A stretch of 64,000 nucleotides of DNA from Octopus vulgaris. Its lineage: Eukaryota. A program made the translations under genes and the position numbers. Shown here one piece after another: positions 51,404 to 64,000 of the stretch. Location of the stretch: positions 71,114,001-71,178,000 of the forward strand of contig OX597828.1 in the NCBI GenBank assembly GCA_951406725.2. Reading direction: 5' to 3'. The first letter of the stretch is position 1, and each line of letters begins with the position of its first letter. The notes under the pieces were generated by a model. The model was not told the origin of the DNA. It did no database searches and saw only the letters and a list, made by a program, of their open reading frames with translations.

Positions 51404-53206
51404 AATGTCTGTTAACAGCTCCACAGCCTACAGCAGCTGGTGGTATTACTGTGTGATAGTTACCAGTAATACTACCACCACCACCATCACCATCACCACT
51501 ATCACCCCTATCACATGTCAGTCTACAGCTGTCGGTGGTACTGAACTGTGTAATAGTTTACCAATAAAGAAGGTGTGGGCTCCGAAAACCACATGATAGG
51601 CTACACATTTAAGAGAGTGGTAATACCCCCATCCACCCACCCACCTCCCAAATACAAACTAATACGAGGCAAAAGGGACTGTAGCCCCCCCACCCACCCG
51701 TCTCCACATTGGACAAACATCTCTTGTACTAGAAGAATGATAAAATTCATCCAGTACAATCCATTGAGTGGTTGTCAATAGGAGGGGCATCCAGTCATAC
51801 ACAACTATGCCAAAAAAAAATGGAATACAGAGTCAAAAGATAAACCTAGGCTACTTACTTCGTGGGGCAGCAACTTTGAATACAGAACAGAATTGATATC
51901 AAACTTTGATCTGGTATAGAACAGAGAGAACTCTTTAGATCTCCTGCATGATTTAGCATCACCACCTAGAGCTAAGTCCTTGGGGACCTTTAGTGGCATC
52001 CAGTTAAGTCAGGCTCTTAGTCTAAAGATACCTTTCTCCTTCTTTCCAACCAGTCTCAAAGACTTTAGAAAGGGGTCATGAATGTTGTCCACCCATCTGA
52101 CTAAATGACAAAAAAAAAAAAGAAAGAAAAAAAAAACTGTAGTGCCAGGGAATGATAAAAAGGACCCCTGACCACTCTGTAAGACAAACAGGACATCAAA
52201 ACTGACTGGGTTGTTTTTTCTCTTGTTTTTGTGCTAGATGATGAGAACCATAATAAGTACCAAGCCACCATGAAACCTGTCCAACCCATACCAGCAAGGA
52301 AAAGCAGATAGAAAACAGTAGTGATAATGATGACTACATATATATAATGCTGATTTCTCACAAAGACACACAACAACAGATATCAAAGGGAACAGTAAAT
52401 CAACCCCCTTTGGCACCTGACAGCTATTTTATTTTATTGACTAAACACTAGGTTGACCTCGCCAGGATTTGAACTCAGAATGTTATTAAATACAGCAAGA
52501 CATTTTGATCAATGCAGTGATGATTCTACCCATACACCACCCTGGTTTTATTCTTTTATGCATTTCAGCCCAATGGCTGTAGCCATGCTGGGGCAAGAAT
52601 AAACTATATATGCCTGACTCTCCATCTGTTACAGTGATGAGTGTCCCAGTTGATCCAATCAACGGAACAGCCTGCTCATGTAATTAACGTGCAAACAGCT
52701 GAGCACTCCACAGACATGCATAACCCTTGACACAGTTCCCATGGAGATTTAGCATGACACAGAATGTCACAAAGCTGGCCCCTTTGAAATAGGGGTACTT
52801 ACTCATTTTTACCAGTTGAATGGACCGGAGTAATGTGAAAAAGCTGGCCCCTTTGAAATAGAGGCATAACTCATTTTTACCAGTTGAATGGACCGGAGTA
52901 ATGTGAAATAATGTGTCTTGCTCAGGACCACAAGGTGTCACTGGGAATAGATCTCATGACCTTACAATCACAAGTCAAATACCCTACTCATTAAACCACA
53001 TGCTTCCTGATTATATACAATTAACAATGAACCCTGGTAGCAACAAGTCAAAGGATGGATGGATGGCCAAAGAGACAGGAATATAAACGAGATGTGAAAT
53101 AACGTTTATTGTAAAAGATTTTGTTGTTCAGTAAGCAGGTCTTGGTTGTTTGGGTCAAATTGAACATTTAAAAAAAAAAACAGAAAGGTGCAAGCATGGT
53201 TGTGTT

Positions 53207-53496
53207 AGAAAAAAAATTACTATTTTTTAATTTCACAACATGAGATATTCAGCAAGAGTACTTTGTAATAAAGATTGTTTGTCAACATAACATGGCAGTC
53301 CTGGTTTACGACTAATGATGCTGTAATTTAGTCCCAAGAGACATCGTCTCCAGCTGGCTATACAACATGATAGAAAATATAAGGACACAGATCATGTCGT
53401 ATAGCCAGCTGGAGATGATGTCTCCTGGGGCTAAATTACAGCAACATTCGTCCTAAACCAGGACTGCCATGTTATGTTGGCAAACAATCCTTACTA
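53207..53496. mobile_element. Fold-back insertion with 12-bp TSD, nested in the head of a tRNA-SINE
   Basis: CATGGTTGTGTT at 53195-53206 and 53497-53508; inverted arms ~53265-53371 and ~53391-53496. Confidence 0.8.
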
Positions 53497-54413
53497 CATG
53501 GTTGTGTTGTTAAGAAGTATGTTTTTGCAGCATTGTGGTTTCAAGTTCACTCCTACTATACAGCACCTTAGACCGGTGCTTCTACCATAGCCTCAGGTTG
53601 ACCAAAATCTTGGTGATTGATATCTGGAGGACAGAAACTGTGTGGAAGCCTACTATGATGGAATAACCATTCTTGTTCTTGGATGGTAGACTTAACCTTT
53701 TGGTTACCATATTTTTGTTGAAGTACAGAGCCTTTGTTTTAATTAGTTTTGAAATTAATGAAAAATTAAGTAAAACATGTCATTAGTAAGCTCATGTTTG
53801 AAAGATAAATTAATGTGAAATTTTAATGAGAAATTTAAAATTAGATCACTTTAAAACTGGAACTTTGTACCATAGACCCAGGGTGAGTCTCAAGCAGGTA
53901 TCAAAAGGATTAATCCTTTAAGCCAGTTTAACACCAACATTTAGCCCAGTTCTCAACAAGGGTTCATATGACCTTTGGGAGTCCATAAAAGATTTTGCTT
54001 TAAAAAATTTATGTCCAATAAACTGGCTATGTTTCTATAATGTGCAAAATATTTTAACAATTTTTTAAACACAATTCTTAATAATATTCATTTATAAAAC
54101 TCTAAAAGGATTCTTTTAAACATCAAGTGACTATAAGGGTTCACCTGAGTAAAACAGGAATCAAATGGTTCCATAGGGAAAAAATGGTTGGGAACCACAG
54201 ATTTAGCCTTTGAGTGTCTTTAGTAAAGTTTTTTTTTTTTACCAGAACTTGGGTCAAGACTCCAGTCTGAGAATAATGTTTTCCTTTTGTCCTTCCAATC
54301 TCACAAATCCTGCAAAATGTTATGGGTGTTGACCTGATCTTTTCAAATTAAATCATGTAAAGATGACAAGAAAAGATAAAAAAGAAAGAAAGAAACAGAA
54401 GAAGGATACTTAC

Positions 54414-54516
54414 AGATCGAAATATCATATGAAGTGGCATTGAAATATGGAAATTTAATGCTAAATTGTTGATAACTTGGACAGCAAAGAACATGGTTAC
54501 CATTACTACATAGTTC
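54414..54516 (-). CDS. SLC35B4: SLC35B4 exon (NYVVMVTMFFAVQVINNLALNFHISMPLHMIFRS); most 5' exon found, earlier exons presumably beyond the window
   Basis: Acceptor cttttaaAG, donor GTAAGT; 103 nt; MPLHMIFRS motif. No N-terminal exons recognised in 54517-64000. Confidence 0.95.
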
Positions 54517-56469
54517 CTTTAAAAGAGACAAATGACAAACAGGTTAGTTTCAATCAATATATATATGTGTGTGTGTGTGTGTGTGTAATATATATGTCTA
54601 TATATGGGTGTATGTGTGTGTATATGTTTATAATATATTTATGTGTGGGGGTATATATCTGTATATGTATGTCTGCAGTGAAATGCTTATCGGTATTTCG
54701 TCTGTCTTCATGTTCTGAGTTCAAATTCTGCCGAGGTCAACTTTTCGGGGGTCGATAAATTAAGTACCAGTTGCGTACTGGCGTTGATACAATCGACTGG
54801 CCCTCTCCCCAAAAATTTCAGGCCTTGTGCCTAGAGTAGAAAAGAATATGTAAGTTTGTGTGTTTGTGTCAAAAAGTTCTCAGACTAGTTCTGTAGCACG
54901 CCAACAGATGGCAGCACACACAGCTGCATGCGCAGTGACCTTCATGGGGCAGTGTGCTGAGTGACATTGCTGTGTTTACTTCACAAGTTGTGAACCCTGC
55001 AAATAATATTGGTCAGTTCAACAAAGACTGACCAAGGCTATACAATAACAATCAACTCCCCGTATAGCATTGGTCAACTTAGACTGACCAAGCCTACACA
55101 ACAATAGCAACAACGATGACAACAACCAACTCCCTACATCCTACTGACTGACCCAGCCTATGCAATAACAACACCAGTGTCCAGTGAAGGATCACAAATC
55201 AATTCAAACTCTGTTTTATAGATTTGTTCAGAAGCTTAGTTCTTATTGATTTCTTGCTGCTGTTAAATCTTGATCACACAAAACTTTAATCAACAGTATT
55301 CCAGACATAATCATCTCGTATTTCTTTTCTGTTTTTGTTTTCCCAGAAATATTATTCCACTGACCTTTTTCTAGGATAGTATGAACAAATTTGAGGGAGA
55401 TTTAGCTGCTATTTTTAACAAAACTTCTATGCTTCCTGAAATTCACCAACAGTACATCAGATGCACCCTAACGTTTTTTTCTCCCCCACAACTCCTTCGC
55501 TGTCCTCTTCCTGTGTATTATCCTATGTCCTGTTTGTGCACTTTTGGCTACCATTTCTGATGATTTGTGGAGCACCTGAGCACTGTATACAATAAGTTCA
55601 CTATAATCACTAGCAAACTAGAGTGTGCACTGCCCGGTGGACTCCACAAAAGTCACATATTCCCTACAGTAGACCCAAAAGTGCCTCCCCTTTAAAAGTG
55701 CCATCCGGGGTGGACCCCCACTCTCCCAACTACACTAGTGATTATAATAATATGGTATAAGTACAAGAAACCATTTTTGAGAAGCAAGCTGCATGAGACC
55801 TGGTTTATTAACGGGTGGGTCACTCTACAAAAAGAACTGAAGATGATCTTTTGTTAGGGATACCATTCAGAGAGTCCCATGGGTTGCAGTTTGACCATGA
55901 TTGATGTAGGGGTTCCATGATTGTCTTTGGTGGTGACCAAAACAGCATTGACTTCAGATCTGCCCATAGTCAACACTATTTGTGATAAGCCAAGTACCTG
56001 TAATACACTGGGGGATATACTCAATCCACTGATGAATAATAGATAATCCAGAAATATCAGCTTTGTGTTTGAAAAAACAGATCAATAATGATTGATGTAA
56101 AACTGAGTATGTATATATATGTTTGGACCTAGTGTGTGTGTGTGTGTGTGTGTGAGAGTGTGTAAATGTGAGTGTGCGTGGATGTATAAATGCATGTGTT
56201 TGTGGGGCCATGTGTGTGTGTATTTGAGGATGGAGCATGTGGGAACATGTGCATGTGAACATGTGATTGCAAGTGTCTGAATTCAAAAATATGAATGCAT
56301 GGAGGTGAATGCATGTGTTTAAATGCTTGTGTGTGAATGCATGTGTGAATATGAATGTAGTGTGTGCCTTAGTGATGCATGTGTGTCCATGGCTACATGA
56401 GTGTATATATGAATGCTGTGAATATATATATGTGTGTATGTAGCAAATGTCAGAAGCATATGTGTTTAT

Positions 56470-56507
<38 letters not shown>

Positions 56508-57326
56508 GGGGAGCTGGGAGAGTCATTAGCATGCCAAGCAAGATGCTTAGTGGCATGTCGCCTCTCTTGACGTTCTGAGTTCAATTTCCACCAAGGTTGA
56601 CTTTGCTTTTCATCCTTTCGGGGTTGATAAAACAAGTACCAGGTGAATGTAATTCACATTCCCCTCCCTGGATTTGGTGGCCTTGTGCCAAAATTTGAAA
56701 CCAATGTGTGTGTTTGTGTATATGTTTGTATGGCTAACTGTAGATCTGTGGGAAAGGGTATGGATGAATGGACATCAGTGTAGGCTTGTACGTAGCATAT
56801 ATATATATATAAAGTGAATGTAGGCAGGGCCATCTCAGAAACCCTGTAGGCCTAGGGCAAATCAATGTACTGAACCCTAAAGAATTTATTGACAGCAAGC
56901 ACAAACATACATAGATCAGAATTGGGTCCCTAGACTGATGAGACCCCCAAGGAAGTCAATGTACTGGGCCCCAGAGTATTTATTGATGGCAAGCCACAGC
57001 ATACACAGATTGGAATTGGGTCCCTAGACCAGTGAAAACCCATGCAACTGCCCAAGTACTGGGTGCAGGTTTGTATATAGTGTCTATAGATATGTGTATT
57101 TGTGGTGTGCATATATATCTATATATTCTTTTATTTGTTTCAGTCATTTTGACTGTGGCCATGCTGGAACACCGCCTTTAGTCAAACAAATCGACCCCAG
57201 GACTTATTCTTTATAAGCCTAGTACTTATTCTATCAGTACTTTTTGCTGAACTGCTAAGTTACAGGGACATAAACACACCAACATCGACACACAAGATAT
57301 ACAAGATAGACACACAAGATATACAA

Positions 57327-57380
<54 letters not shown>

Positions 57381-58211
57381 CAGGTTTCTTTCAGTTTCCT
57401 TCTACCAAATCCACACAAAGCTTTGGTCAGCCTGAGGCTATAGAAGACACTTGCCAAGGTGCTATATAATGGGACTGAACCTGGAACCATGTGGTTGGTT
57501 AGCAAGCTACTTTGTGTGTGTATATGAACATATGATGATCAGTCAATATCTGTGTAAGAATGTGTTAGTATAACAGTGTGTGTAATCTGTCAATATCTCT
57601 CTCTCGCATATATATATAAAATTTTTGCGTAAAAAATGGTAAAAATATGTAAATATGTGTGTGTGTGTGTGAGTGTGTTTTTATATGTATACGTGTATGT
57701 ATATATAAACATATCTATAGATGTGTGTATTAATATGTGTGGGTGAATATGTGTGGGTGAATATGTGTGTGGGAATATGTGCGAGTGTGTGTGTGTCTGT
57801 GTGTGTGTGTGAGTGTGTGTGTGTGTGGATCGTACATATAGTTATTCAATTCATAAAAGGTGAGTTCATGTAAGAAATTGAAAAGAAAGTCAGGGGCCCC
57901 TACCACCAGCCCCACCAGGGCCACTACTCTCTCTCCCACCTCCTCTTATCAGTTTGGACTGATATTGTGAATTGGTAGGGAGGGAGTGGTGGTGGTGGTG
58001 GAGGTGGTGGTGATGATGATTTTGCTCATCATCATCAGTTGCTATGACTACAAGCTGTAGTAACCACAGATGTAGGTAGGAGATGATGCTGTTTCATTCC
58101 AGATTCACTAACAGATAGCCTATTTTATTATATCTCTTATTTAGTCTAAGACATAGATTGGAGGGAAGGTAGGGAGGGAGGAGGAGGCCGAGATCAGTGG
58201 AGGACTGTAAG

Positions 58212-58429
58212 ATATGTGTGTGTGTGCGTGGGTGCATGTATATGTGTGTGTGTGTGTGTGTGTGTATGTATATATGTGTGTGTGTATTATATATATGTGT
58301 GTGTATATGTATATATGTGTGTGTGTATTATATATATATGTGTGTATATGTATATATGTGTGTGTGTATATGTGTGTGTGTATATGTATATATGTGTCTG
58401 TATTATATATGTGTATATGTATATATATA

Positions 58430-58462
<33 letters not shown>

Positions 58463-58870
58463 ATGTGTTTATATATATGTGTGTATATATGTATGTGTAT
58501 ATATATGTGTGTGTATATATATGTGTGTGTATATATATGTGTGTGTATATATATATATGTATATATATGTGTGTATATATGTGTGTGTGTATATATGTGT
58601 GTGTGTGTATGTGTGTGTATTAGTGTGTATATGTTTGTGTGTATATATATGTGTATGTATATGTGTGTGTATATGTGTGTATATATATGTGTGTGTATAT
58701 GTGTGTGTATGTATGAGTATAAATTTATATATAGGTCTATGTGTATAAATGTATGTGTATACATGAGTATGTGTGTGTATATATATATAGTATAAACATA
58801 TAGGTATATATATATATGTGTGTGTGTATATGTATGTATGTATGTGTGTGAGTATATATATATATATATG
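58212..58870. repeat. Long compound (TG/TA)n microsatellite; similar tracts at 59490-59900, 43475-43720 and 5885-6035
   Basis: Direct inspection; source of the His/Thr/Tyr/Ile- and Cys/Val-rich pseudo-ORFs. Confidence 0.95.
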
Positions 58871-58955
58871 CACACGGGAAAGGAGAAAAATATTAGTAAT
58901 GTACTGTAGCCAAGAGTGTGTACGAGAGAGAGGGAGAGATTAGTATGGTACTGTA

Positions 58956-58989
<34 letters not shown>

Positions 58990-60092
58990 TAATGTAGTGT
59001 GGCTGTTGTAGAGCTGGGCATCTCCAACAGATTTGTGTTTATACCTTAAAGAGGAAAAGGAGGAGAGAAGCAGACAGAGAGAGGATAACAATAAGAGAGG
59101 GGGGGAAGGTGAATAGAACAGCTGCCAAGCAGGGAGCACCTACCTGCTCTCTCGATTTGCTAAAAATAGCAGTCACATCTGACTTAAATCACATTCTATT
59201 GTTTTAGGAAGAGGACGAGCTGGGTTGTGGTGCATTTGTGCTGGGTCTGCTTCATATAGGACGAAAAGGGAAAAAAAAGGGAAACAAAGGTACTTTGATC
59301 ATGTCTACTCAGTGAGAGCTGACCTGGGGTTAAACAACAATAACTATACTTTTTTTATATCTTATTTAGTCAGGAAGAGGAGGAGAAATAGGGCGAAGGA
59401 AGAGGAGAGAAAGACAGCCAGACAATCAGAGAGGAGAGGGATGGGAAGAGGGAGATGGAAGAGAGAGAGGGGCAGTCAGACAATCAGTAGTGTGTGTTTG
59501 TGTGTGAATGTTTGTGTGTTGATGTGTGTTTTTAGATGCTTGTGTGCATGTATTTGTGCATGAGTGTGTATATAAGTGTGTGTTTGAATGTGTTTGTGTG
59601 TGTGTGTGTGTGTTAGTGTCTATGTGTGTGTGTATGTTTGTGTGTATGTTAGTGTCTGTGTGTGTGTGTTTGTGCATGTGTTTGTGTGTGTGTGTTTGTG
59701 CGTGTGTTTGTGTGTGTGTTTGTGCGTGTGTGTATGTGTTCGTGTGTGTGTTTGTGTGTTTATATGTGTGTATGTGTTCGTGTGTGTGAGTGTGTTTGTA
59801 TGAGTGTGTTTATGTGTGAGAGTGTGTGTTTGTGTGTGTTTGTCTATGTGTGTGTGTGTCTATGTCTGTGTGTGTCTATGTGTGTGTGTTTGTGTGTGTG
59901 AGAGAGAGAAAGAAAGAGATATAGGCAGAGAGGGAGAGGCAGTCAGACAGTCAGTTACATGTGTTTGTGTTGCACAGAAAAAGAGGGGTGAGAGAGAGAG
60001 AGAGAGAGGGGGGGTAATAGTGAATGAAAAAGATATTTTCAAGACTGTTATATTTTGGTTTTATAGAGAGAAAGAGAAGGAGAGAGAGAGAA

Positions 60093-60124
<32 letters not shown>

Positions 60125-60837
60125 GGAGAGGGAGAGAGAGACCAGAGTGAATGCAGCAGATATCAATTCACAAGTTTCATCTGTAAATAAAGTTGACTAC
60201 ATTATATTGATTTCAGACTTATGTTGTAGAAGCAGAGATATAGAGACGGGGGTGGGGGGGGGCAGGGAAAAGTATAAAGTGGTGGTCAGTAGAGATAGGA
60301 GACGGGGTGGTGTGGGGCAGCGAGAAGACAGCTTTTTTGGCAATATGTCTTAATTTTTCTAGAAGAGCTACAGGGTCCGTAAACGTCACAATGTTGTTTT
60401 TACATTACATCGTATAGATTATATGAAAATAAGTAAATGTATTGTGTCGAAATGTAATATGAAAGTACAAAGTGGTATGGCTGTGGGGTAAGAAGTTTGC
60501 TTCTAAACCACAATGTTCCAGGTTCAGTCTCAATGTGTGGCACCTTGGGAAAGTGTCTTCTACTAAAGCCTCAGGCTGACTAAAGCCTTGTGAGTGGATT
60601 TGGTAGATGAAAAGTGAAAGAAGCCTGTCGTTAGCACGCCAGACGAAATGCTTAGCGGTATTTCGTCTGTCGTTACGTTCTGAGTTCAAATTCCACCGAG
60701 GTCGACTTTGCCTTTCATCCTTTCGGGGTCGATAAATTAAGTACCAGTTTCTCACTGGGGTCGATGTAATCGACTTAATCCCTTTGTCTGTCCTTGTTTG
60801 TCCTCTCTATATTTAGCCCCTTGTGGGCAATAAAGAA

Positions 60838-60870
<33 letters not shown>

Positions 60871-60871
60871 T

Positions 60872-61605
60872 ACAGGGTGCAGACAGTATTCATTTGTTTG
60901 TCTCAAGAAAAAAGTGTTTTTATTCCTGTTTTGAGATATGTTCAAATTTGGGGGTCAGTTTCTTTTCATGACATGTTCCATCAGTCTTACTCAGTGAACC
61001 CACCTTTGACTCGATGACAGCCTCTGGGTGACCTCAGAACTGACTACAGACTTTCATTCCTGTCTCCAACTTGAGGTACCTGAAGACCCTCGTAATACTA
61101 GCTCTCGGCTTGCTCTTCGTGTTGCAACTGGATTTGCTCATCTTTCATTCCACTGTGTCCCACACAAAGAAATCAAGGGGGTTGTGGTCAAGCAAGTTGG
61201 GAGGCCAAATGTCAGGTGCTGTGTGATCGAAGAAATTCTCCAACTGGCCTGGGTCTTCCAGCTGGTGTAGCAGGGTGCAGAGTCTTAGTGACACACGTAC
61301 AGCCTTTTTGCAGCTACACAGTTAATCCAGGGCTTCATCACCTTGCTCAGAACAGGGACGTAACTGTCAGTGTTCAGTCTCAGGGAAGAAGTGGGGTACT
61401 ATGACATCACCTTCACTGCATAACTCAGGACCATGTCCTTAGGTGAGACAGCAAGCCACTTGTTATTATGAGAGTTGATCTTCTGGTCTCGGCAGAAATC
61501 CTCGTGAGAAAAGTGCCTCAGCATATCAGGCTTCAGTGGGTGTTTCAACTTGTTAATCAGCTTCCTGGTGGGTTCAAGTCACTTTTCCTGCATCACCTTA
61601 GACAG
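60872..61605 (-). mobile_element. Degenerate Tc1/mariner-superfamily transposase fragment
   Basis: Begins TACAGGGTG; minus strand ~61150-61220 translates PDIWPPNLLDHNPLDFFVWDTVE, a decayed WPPNSPDLNPLDF.VW motif. Confidence 0.75.
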
Positions 61606-62153
61606 AAATTGTCCCCCCACTACCATTTAGCAACTGGTGTTGGTGTGTCTACATCTCTGTAACTTAGTGGTTTGGCAAAAGAGACCGACAGAAAAAGTAC
61701 CAGGCTTTAAAAAAATCTGGGGGTTGATTCATCTGACTAAAATGGTCTTCAATTGGGTGCCCCAGCATGGCCATGGTCTAATTACTGAAACATGGTTTCA
61801 GATTCAGTCCCACTGTGAGCCACCTTGAGCAATTGATGTTTACAATAACACTCCAGCTGATCAAGGCCTTCTGAAACTGTGTGGACATTAAATGATGATG
61901 ATGGTGATGAGGATGGCTGTGTGTGTGTGTGCACACATCCACCACTTGACAACCAATCTTGGTTTGTTTACATCCACATAATAGTTTCGCAAAACAGACC
62001 AACAGAATAAATACCAGACTGGAAAAGAAAGTACCGGGGTTGGTTTCATCAACTAAATTCTTGAAGTCGGTGCCCCAGCATGGGCTGCTGTACAATGACT
62101 GAAACAAAAAAATACACACACACACAAGATTTTTTATACACGTGCATATATAT

Positions 62154-62198
<45 letters not shown>

Positions 62199-62391
62199 CC
62201 TGTGGCACCTGTGCCGGTGGCATGTAAAGGCACCCACTACACTCATAGAGTGGTTGGCGTTAGGAAGGGCATTCAGCTGTAGAAACACTGCCAGATCAGA
62301 CTGGGCCTGGTGCAGCCTTCTGGCTTCCCAGACCTCGGTCGAACCGTGGAAAGCGGACGTTAAACGATGATGATGATGATGATGATGATGA

Positions 62392-62440
<49 letters not shown>

Positions 62441-64000
62441 TAGCTGAGATCTTGTGCAGCTACTTGAAACTTCATATCTGAATGGATCGAATTGCAAATA
62501 CTGATCTACAATACAAAGCAGCACTCAAATAAATGCATCCACGCGTATATATGTATGTATGTATACACAAACACACACACGCACACAGAGAAATGCACAT
62601 ATACATTCACACACAGAGTTGCCTATGAAAATTAGAATATTATGTAGATATTGAATATTAGTTGCCTGTTAAGTGGGAATATGAAAATTTCCAATGTATT
62701 AGATTCAATAATCCTAACATGTCCTCTATTTTGTTGATATAAGCAAACATTTATGGCTTCGACACACACCAATCATTCGAATTCCAATATCTCAAAATAT
62801 AAGAATGTAATATGAAAACATCTAAAACATATCCTTATAAAAGAGCTGCAGGTATAGAATATCAGTTTATACTTGGTTGGAATTCTTTTGGTTTCAATAC
62901 ATTACAGCCTCAGCAGTTCTCTATTTCTTCAACCTTCAAACACTACAAACCCAGCTATTTGAAGTTCAGCATCAAAATCCTTGCATTACTTCAGTGTCAC
63001 ACACTACTGAGATCTAGTGCTAAGCCAAGAGATCTTAGAGCTCTTCAGGTTTCTGTCAGCCAATGAGCTATTTAGTGATGTGGTATTTCTGCCCCAGCAG
63101 CATTTGGCATCATTTTTTTTATGTCCATTTCCAAAACTGGCATGGCTGGATCATTTGACAGAAGCTGGCAAGCCAGAGGGCTGCATCGGGCTCCAGTTGT
63201 CTGTTTGGAATGGTTTCTAGGGCTGGATGCCCTTCTTAATGCCAACTACTTTACAGAGTGTATTGAGTGCTTTCTATGTGACGCCCAGCACAGGGCATCT
63301 ACAAGCAATACCAAAACAACCAATGTCTGGTTACTAATCATCATATCAACCTGCTTTCTCGGCCAGCTGACACGTCTGACCAGAATCAAACCTCTTGGAG
63401 TGCCTATGTGGCATAATTAAAAAGCAGACAGTCAAGTGCATCAAAGCAATTAGCTGAAGGTGGCTATCAAGAACACCTAGGCTTCCATCACACCTGAGAA
63501 GTGTCACAGGTCGATTTCCTTTATAGTTATATGCCAGATAGATATAGGTATGTCTTCACACCTGCTGAGGTACTCGGAATGCAAAGAACTGGAACAGATC
63601 CTGCAAAACAACAGAGTGGACACTGCTAAATATATGAACTGGACTTCTGTAGTAAGGACTGATTTACAGAGAAGTAAGAGAAGAATTGTGGAAAGAGAAA
63701 GGGGAAGCTGGAGAGAGAGGGTGAAGCTAATGGGGGAGAGAAACAGGGGCACTGGAGAGAAGAAGGAGAAGGAGATTATGAAGGGAAGAAGAGGATGGTA
63801 GAAACAGAGAGATTAATGTAGAGAGAGAAGAGCTCATAAAAAGAGGGAAGAGGAAGCAGGTGGAGAGAGTGAAAGAGGAATTTGATTGATCATAGATCTG
63901 TTCAATCAGGGCTAATATGGATTTTAACAACAGCCACAACCAGTGCTGAATTTAAATTTGGTAAAAACTTAACCCTTTCGTTACTGTATTTATTTTGAGA

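Noticed and set aside
54400-54413. U12-like GTATCCTT 4 nt downstream of a GTAAGT donor
   Set aside because: Use would frameshift, and the matching acceptor region has a U2-type AACTAAC branch rather than a U12 box; probably coincidence.
56028-56062. CTGATGA...GAAATATC match
   Set aside because: No stem I or II pairing; lies in a decayed SINE.
58141-59139. 332-aa ORF and other His/Thr/Tyr- or Cys/Val-rich ORFs
   Set aside because: Translations of dinucleotide microsatellites.

Overview
AT-rich, microsatellite- and SINE-dense animal genomic DNA; the repeat families look like those of a coleoid cephalopod (Octopus; inferred, not verified). Three genes are supported by manual splicing and translation: (1) the last four coding exons of CFAP61 (+, 1-5686); (2) an intact, intronless Hsc70-interacting protein ST13/Hip ORF (+, 14128-15252); (3) the last eight coding exons of the nucleotide-sugar transporter SLC35B4 (-, 54516 to 29196), whose final intron has U12 (minor spliceosome) signals. 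The rest is tRNA-derived SINEs, CR1/RTE-type LINE relics, Tc1/mariner relics, hAT- and piggyBac-type MITEs and simple repeats; almost all ORFs in the supplied track are spurious. The most unusual signal is a set of short fold-back insertions, some with 12-bp target-site duplications. Two unrelated families among them carry minimal type-I hammerhead ribozyme motifs, and one joins a Pol III tRNA-like head to the hammerhead, suggesting non-autonomous retrozyme-like or Penelope-dependent SINEs. Every hammerhead copy here has at least one core mutation, so activity is inferred only for the family consensus.
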